Source of the DNA: Dehalococcoidia bacterium
Lineage (GTDB): Bacteria; Chloroflexota; Dehalococcoidia; Lucifugimonadales; VXLM01
NCBI GenBank assembly: GCA_963662435.1
Contig: OY759598.1
Coordinates: 372,001-436,000, forward strand
Length of the DNA stretch: 64,000 nucleotides
Reading direction: 5' to 3'
Within the stretch, counting starts at the first letter, position 1; each line of letters opens with the position of its first letter. Shown here piece by piece: positions 59,496 to 64,000 of the stretch. The position numbers and the translations under genes were made by a program. The notes below the pieces were generated by a model. That model searched no databases. It saw nothing but the letters and a program-made list of their open reading frames with translations, and had not been told where the DNA came from.

Positions 59496-60677
59496 TCACG
59501 CCTCGCCGTCGTCCATCTTGCGCACAGCCGCCCTCGCCGCCTCGATCTCGATTCCCCCGTCCTTCAAAATCCGCGAGGCCAGACCTTCTTCGGGTATCAG
59601 CAAGCCCAACATGATGTGCTCGCTGCCGACTTGACCTTCGAAAATCAGGTACGCCTCCCTTCGGGCTTCACTGAGAACGCGCTGGCTAGCATCGCTAAAC
59701 TCGATCATGCGCCTTTCGGATTCCTGTCGCTCCCCACGCTCTGCGAGTTCCTCGAGTTTGTCCCTTGCTGCAGCGAGATCCAGGCCAAGGTCTCCCATCA
59801 CCCGTGCTCCCGCTCCCCCGTCCTCATCGAGAAGCGCTAGCAAGAGGTGTTCTGGAGTAATCTCCTCATGCCCGAGATTGAACGCTTTTGTCCCCGCAAC
59901 TTCAAAGACCTTCTTGGCCTCTTCGGAGAATGCGTAATCGAATTCCCTGCTGTCCCTCAGAGTGTCCGACATCCACTGCCAGTTAGTTGATATCGCATCC
60001 CCCGTTTCCGGGTCGAATTCGACACCCGCTCGGTCAAGCACGTCCTCCTCGGCGTAGATTGACGCACCCGTTCGGACCGCCAGCGCGATGGCATCGCTCG
60101 GCCTCGAGTCGCGCTCGATGATCGTGCCGTTCCGCTGAATTACGATCTTGCCGAAGAATGTTTCCGCCTTCAGTTCGCTCACTATGACGCGCTTTACCGT
60201 CCCGCCCAGGTCACCAATCATGGAGTCCATCAGGTCGTGGGTCATCGGGCGGACAGTTTCTCTACCCTGCATCTTCATGGCAATAGAGTCGCCTTCGGCC
60301 GGTCCTATCCAGATCGGCAGGTACTTGTTTACCTCTTTTCCTTTGAGAATGACCACTCGCTGTTGGTTCTTGTGACTTAGTTTGACACCTTCGACGGTCA
60401 ATTCGAACATGGGGATACTCTCTCTTTCTAGGATGTGATTGTGCATCTGCGACCAGCTGGCAAACCCGTACTCCCGCGCGACCACGAGCTGTGCGTCGCG
60501 TAGTGAGAATGAAGGTTGTTCCAGTTGGCCTTCCTTGGTCACGAAGGGTCGAGGCATCGACTCCCGAAAACGCGCGACAGCCGGCGGTTGACCGGCTCGA
60601 TACGCCTTCAGGAGGTCCTTGGCCTGATTCTTGAGTTGCTCAAGGCTCGGGCGCGGAGGTAAGAGATGAGGGGGCAT
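59496..60677 (-). CDS. Fusion protein: N-terminal helical domain + DUF151 bifunctional nuclease domain + double Clp-N repeat
   Basis: LEQLKNQAKDLL...DAQLVVAREYGFASW; LPIWIG..E, RPMTHDL, DSRPSDAIALA; EHLLLALL and EHIMLGLL; ATG 60677 after GAAAGGAG. Confidence 0.85.
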   Translation of the reverse strand: MPPHLLPPRPSLEQLKNQAKDLLKAYRAGQPPAVARFRESMPRPFVTKEGQLEQPSFSLRDAQLVVAREYGFASWSQMHNHILERESIPMFELTVEGVKLSHKNQQRVVILKGKEVNKYLPIWIGPAEGDSIAMKMQGRETVRPMTHDLMDSMIGDLGGTVKRVIVSELKAETFFGKIVIQRNGTIIERDSRPSDAIALAVRTGASIYAEEDVLDRAGVEFDPETGDAISTNWQWMSDTLRDSREFDYAFSEEAKKVFEVAGTKAFNLGHEEITPEHLLLALLDEDGGAGARVMGDLGLDLAAARDKLEELAERGERQESERRMIEFSDASQRVLSEARREAYLIFEGQVGSEHIMLGLLIPEEGLASRILKDGGIEIEAARAAVRKMDDGEA

Positions 60678-60797
60678 AGGCACTCCTTTCCATTTGGCCC
60701 GGTGTCCGCGTGATCGGGCAGAAAAGAGTGTTCGTCACTCTGTCATGGAGGGGTAGGCTCAGCCTTTGCGCGGACTCGGAGGCGTCCCCCAAAGCAC
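60678..60797 (-). ncRNA. Candidate structured cis-regulatory 5' leader
   Basis: Anti-SD/SD pairing, competing hairpin and pseudoknot-capable heptamers (see findings). Confidence 0.55.
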
Positions 60798-60803
60798 GTT
60801 CGC

Positions 60804-60832
60804 ATCTTAGTCAAACATGACTGCTCTGTCAA
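60804..60832 (-). promoter_or_regulatory. Sigma70 promoter of the DUF151 fusion gene
   Basis: TTGACA-17bp-TAAGAT on the minus strand. Confidence 0.75.
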
Positions 60833-60950
60833 ACACAGCAATCTACATGGCACAATGTGCCCAACAGGATTCACCAATCTCTCCCCCGGAGGGGAGACAC
60901 GGAGAGGGGGCCTTCCCCCCAGCAACCAGCACCCGACACCCAGCGCCACC

Positions 60951-61922
60951 ATGTACACCTACGAAGACCACATGATGCACGACGCCTGGTACTTCGTGGA
61001 CGACCGCACTGACACCGTCCACATGTACCACCTCGCCGAGCCGCTGAACGGCGGGCCGTCTTTCGTCGGACACGCAGTCAGCCGCGACCTCGTGACATGG
61101 GAGCGTCTTCCTACCGCCCTTGAGCTGGGACCGCCCGGTTCCTGGGACGACCTACGCATCTGCACCGGTAGCGTGTTGGAACGCGACGGCCGCTACTGGA
61201 TGGCCTACTCGGCCACGAGCCACCTGGACAGCACTCTGGATGAGCAGCACCGCGTCCAGCGGGCCGGCATGGCCGTCTCGGACGACCTCACGACATGGAC
61301 GAGGCTGACCGAAAATCCCGTCACCGAGGCCGTTGCTACCCACTACGAAGGCATGGGCACCGGCCAGCGCAGGATGCACCACTGGCGCGACCCCTTCCTG
61401 TTCGACGAAGGAGACTCCGTCTACCAGCTCGTATGTGCCCGGAGAAATGAGGGCCCCACGGGATCGCGCGGCGCCGCAGCGTTGGCCCGGAGTTCTGACA
61501 TGCGAGTGTGGGAAGTCCTCCCGCCCCTGGAACACGACCGGATTTCCGACGAGATTGAGGTGCCACAGATATACGGCATAGGAAATAGGTGGTACCTCGT
61601 TTTCTGCACGCTCGGCCGCTTCCTGACGCCCGACCACGCCGGTCGTTTCGGCGATCGCCTGCCTGAACGCTCGAACTTCTCGATGGTCTCCGACAGTCCA
61701 TTTGGACCGTTCAGCATGCACGGCACTGGACAGATAGTCGAGCACGACCCCGACGAAGTGTTCTACGCTGCCCAACTCGTCAAGTTCAAGGGCGAGTGGC
61801 ACCTGCTGGCAACCGAGAAGGACGACCGCGGAGAGCGTATATCGGACCCCGTTCCCGTCGTCGCCGACGAGACGGGCGTGCATGCCGTCACCAACTCCAG
61901 TTGCCCTCAAGTTCCCTGTTGA
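60951..61922 (+). CDS. GH32/GH43-like five-bladed beta-propeller hydrolase
   Basis: D.W, GHAVSRDL..W, TGSV, WRDP, E.P motifs. Confidence 0.8.
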   Translation: MYTYEDHMMHDAWYFVDDRTDTVHMYHLAEPLNGGPSFVGHAVSRDLVTWERLPTALELGPPGSWDDLRICTGSVLERDGRYWMAYSATSHLDSTLDEQHRVQRAGMAVSDDLTTWTRLTENPVTEAVATHYEGMGTGQRRMHHWRDPFLFDEGDSVYQLVCARRNEGPTGSRGAAALARSSDMRVWEVLPPLEHDRISDEIEVPQIYGIGNRWYLVFCTLGRFLTPDHAGRFGDRLPERSNFSMVSDSPFGPFSMHGTGQIVEHDPDEVFYAAQLVKFKGEWHLLATEKDDRGERISDPVPVVADETGVHAVTNSSCPQVPC

Positions 61923-62883
61923 CGACCGACCCGCCCGGCCATTTCCCGTCGTGCAGGTCCAAGATGTTCTGAGCCGCCTCCAAACCCATCTCCACCATCG
62001 AAAGCTGGTCGTTGCCCGCTATGTGCGGCGACACGATGACGTTGTCCAGCGAGTATAGGGGATTGTCCGTAGGTGTCGGCTCCTCCTCGAACACGTCCAG
62101 CCCGGCACCCGCAATTTGTCCCGACTTGAGCGCGTCCACGAGATCGCTTTCCACCACCAGACCGCCCCTTGCCGTGTTGATGAGTACGCCGTTGGGATTC
62201 ATCGTCGCCAGCGTCGTCTTGTTGATGAAGCCGCGAGTCTCGTCATTGAGAGGGCAGTGAAGGCTCACGTAGTCCGCGCTCCTCAGGAGCGTGTCGATAT
62301 CGACCAGTTCGATCCCGTGCTCAGCCACGAATTCCTGGTCGGGATATAGCTCCGTCGCGATAACCCGCATCCTCATTGCAACCGCGCGCACCGCCAGGCT
62401 CCTTCCGATGCGCCCCAGTCCCACTATACCCAGTGTGCTGCCGCGAATCGGCTTGCGTGGCTCGGACGGCCATCCTCCGTTCCGCATCGCCCTATCGACC
62501 GTCACAGTGCCCTTCGCATTGCCAATGATTAGCGAAATCGCCTGCTCCGAGACCGCCTCGTGGTTCGAGTTCGGCGTGATAGTAACGACCACGCCACGCT
62601 CATTCGCCTTGTCGAGATCGATCTTGTCGAATCCCACTCCCATCCGGGCAATCACCCGCAGGTCGGGAAGTCCTTCCAGCACTGCAGCGGGATATCGCTC
62701 ACCCCACGCCACTACGCCCCCGGCCCCCTGAAGGAACTCGATCTCCTCCTCATCGCTCCGATGACCCTGCCCGAACATCAAGTCATCCACCACACGGACG
62801 TCGAACCCCCGACCCTCCAGCAAACGAACCGCCGGCGCATTTGCATTATTTGGGTTGTCACCGCTGAATACTACTGTTGGCAC
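61888..62883 (-). CDS. D-2-hydroxyacid (phosphoglycerate-like) dehydrogenase
   Basis: GVGFDKID, GLGRIG, LHCP, INTARG, LDVFEEEP, PHIAG. Confidence 0.92.
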   Translation of the reverse strand: MPTVVFSGDNPNNANAPAVRLLEGRGFDVRVVDDLMFGQGHRSDEEEIEFLQGAGGVVAWGERYPAAVLEGLPDLRVIARMGVGFDKIDLDKANERGVVVTITPNSNHEAVSEQAISLIIGNAKGTVTVDRAMRNGGWPSEPRKPIRGSTLGIVGLGRIGRSLAVRAVAMRMRVIATELYPDQEFVAEHGIELVDIDTLLRSADYVSLHCPLNDETRGFINKTTLATMNPNGVLINTARGGLVVESDLVDALKSGQIAGAGLDVFEEEPTPTDNPLYSLDNVIVSPHIAGNDQLSMVEMGLEAAQNILDLHDGKWPGGSVVNRELEGNWSW

Positions 62884-62942
62884 CTTGTCCTCCTTAGCAC
62901 AATTGTCTCTTTAGTTGAAACAAGACAGGCTCCCGCACCTAC

Positions 62943-63140
62943 TCAGACTCTGACGGACTCTCCCTCGTTGAGTTTAGGGACTTCCGTGACATGCACAATC
63001 TTGCCGTCCCTGATTATCGCCACCGAACCTGAAGTCTCGATGGCTCGTCGCCGGGCCTTGATTGCTGCCCGTTTCAGGGCAGCCTCAGCCCCGACAAAGT
63101 CTGGGTGTCGACGTCTTTCGATTTGCTTAGTTTCCTGCAT
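62943..63140 (-). CDS. Small protein coupled to the zeta-like ATPase (possible antitoxin)
   Basis: AALKRAA..ARRRA...IIRDGKIV; ATG overlaps the upstream TGA. Confidence 0.65.
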   Translation of the reverse strand: MQETKQIERRRHPDFVGAEAALKRAAIKARRRAIETSGSVAIIRDGKIVHVTEVPKLNEGESVRV

Positions 63141-63664
63141 CAATGCCCTCTCGATTCCCTATGAGAACAAAACTCTCTCCCGAATCGTCGTACATCTCCC
63201 TGTCGTCCACCAAGTCTCTGTAGATATTCCAAAAAATTCTGCCATCCTGCCTGAAACCTTCGCCGAATGACACGTTCCGGCACTTCGTGTCCGCCCTCCA
63301 AGACCCTCTGTTTGACGCGCTCGATTGCCATCTCTACAGTCCGTAACCGCAGGTAGAAAAGCTCTACCCTGTATCCCCGTTCCTGCCAGTAGCGGATCGA
63401 GCGAACATGTCCGCGCCCACTGAGTGTCGTCTCAAACGCGAAGCTCTCTCCTCGATTTACATAGTCGCGCATAAACTTCAACATCAGCCTGCCCGCGCCA
63501 ACTGCCGCCGCTTCCGGACGAAATGGACTCAGCCCCGCCGCTATCAGGTCCGCATTGATGAATGTGGGACAATTCGCCTCATTCGGCAAAAACTCCGTGG
63601 CAAACACGGTCTTGCCTGCTCCGTTCGGCCCGGCAATGATCAGTATTCTCTTGGAGGTCTCCAT
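63140..63664 (-). CDS. Zeta-toxin-like P-loop ATPase, C-terminus apparently frameshifted
   Basis: IAGPNGAGKT, FINADLIA.GLSPF, FETTLSG, RV..GGH.VP. Confidence 0.82.
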   Translation of the reverse strand: METSKRILIIAGPNGAGKTVFATEFLPNEANCPTFINADLIAAGLSPFRPEAAAVGAGRLMLKFMRDYVNRGESFAFETTLSGRGHVRSIRYWQERGYRVELFYLRLRTVEMAIERVKQRVLEGGHEVPERVIRRRFQAGWQNFLEYLQRLGGRQGDVRRFGREFCSHRESRGH

Positions 63665-63812
63665 AACTCCCACGATGTCTCATCGGCCATCTGGATTCTA
63701 GCAGATTGCAAATCCTCATGACCTCGCTGTTTGACTTACCCCACTCCCTGTGCTCTGATACCCCTGCGAACCGCTGGCCGCATATTCGCTCACGCCACTC
63801 TTGGAGGTAGCC

Positions 63813-64000
63813 ATGGAAGCGCTCAGAAAGCCCCTCGCAATCATCCTCGGTCTCACCGCCTTCGCCGTACTCTTCCACTTTGTGCTCAGCCCATTCTACA
63901 AGGACGTGATTGAGAGCCACGAAGTTTGGAACGTGCTCAACTGGTTCATGGCCCTTGGCGTGTTGATCGTTTTGATCGTTACCTATCTGGCCAAGAAGGA
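63813..64000 (+). CDS. Membrane protein, partial (runs off the window)
   Basis: GGAGG RBS; MEALRKPLAIILGLTAFAVLFHF... open to the end. Confidence 0.65.
   Translation, partial: MEALRKPLAIILGLTAFAVLFHFVLSPFYKDVIESHEVWNVLNWFMALGVLIVLIVTYLAKK

Noticed and set aside
60810..60835. CtsR box (GTCAAA repeats)
   Set aside because: The repeat period is 18 bp rather than the ~10 bp of the CtsR consensus; kept only as an unassigned repeat.

Overview
A GC-rich bacterial chromosome segment. Gene content suggests Chloroflexota (Dehalococcoidia/SAR202-like), and the LRR, SwmB and ASPIC/UnbV surface proteins suggest a sponge or host association; both are inferences. The left end is housekeeping: lutC, glycerate kinase, a stand-alone 5S rRNA with its own promoter, rpsA-clpC-larC and a tRNA-CAT. 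An accessory region follows (~9-26 kb) with an SRA-HNH nuclease, a one-polypeptide GAF-PAS-kinase-REC-wHTH regulator, a signal-peptidase-like domain on a 21x14-aa coiled-coil stalk, two mosaic SwmB-domain paralogues (one split by a complete passenger-carrying IS1595) and LRR lipoproteins. Next comes a Zur-like/ABC metal-uptake locus whose binding protein has an entire AztD-like chaperone domain inserted in its His loop. The rest is metabolic and transport genes. Near 60.7 kb, a structured switch-like 5' leader precedes an N-helical-domain/DUF151/Clp-N fusion gene. All family calls come from motif recognition by eye, not database searches.
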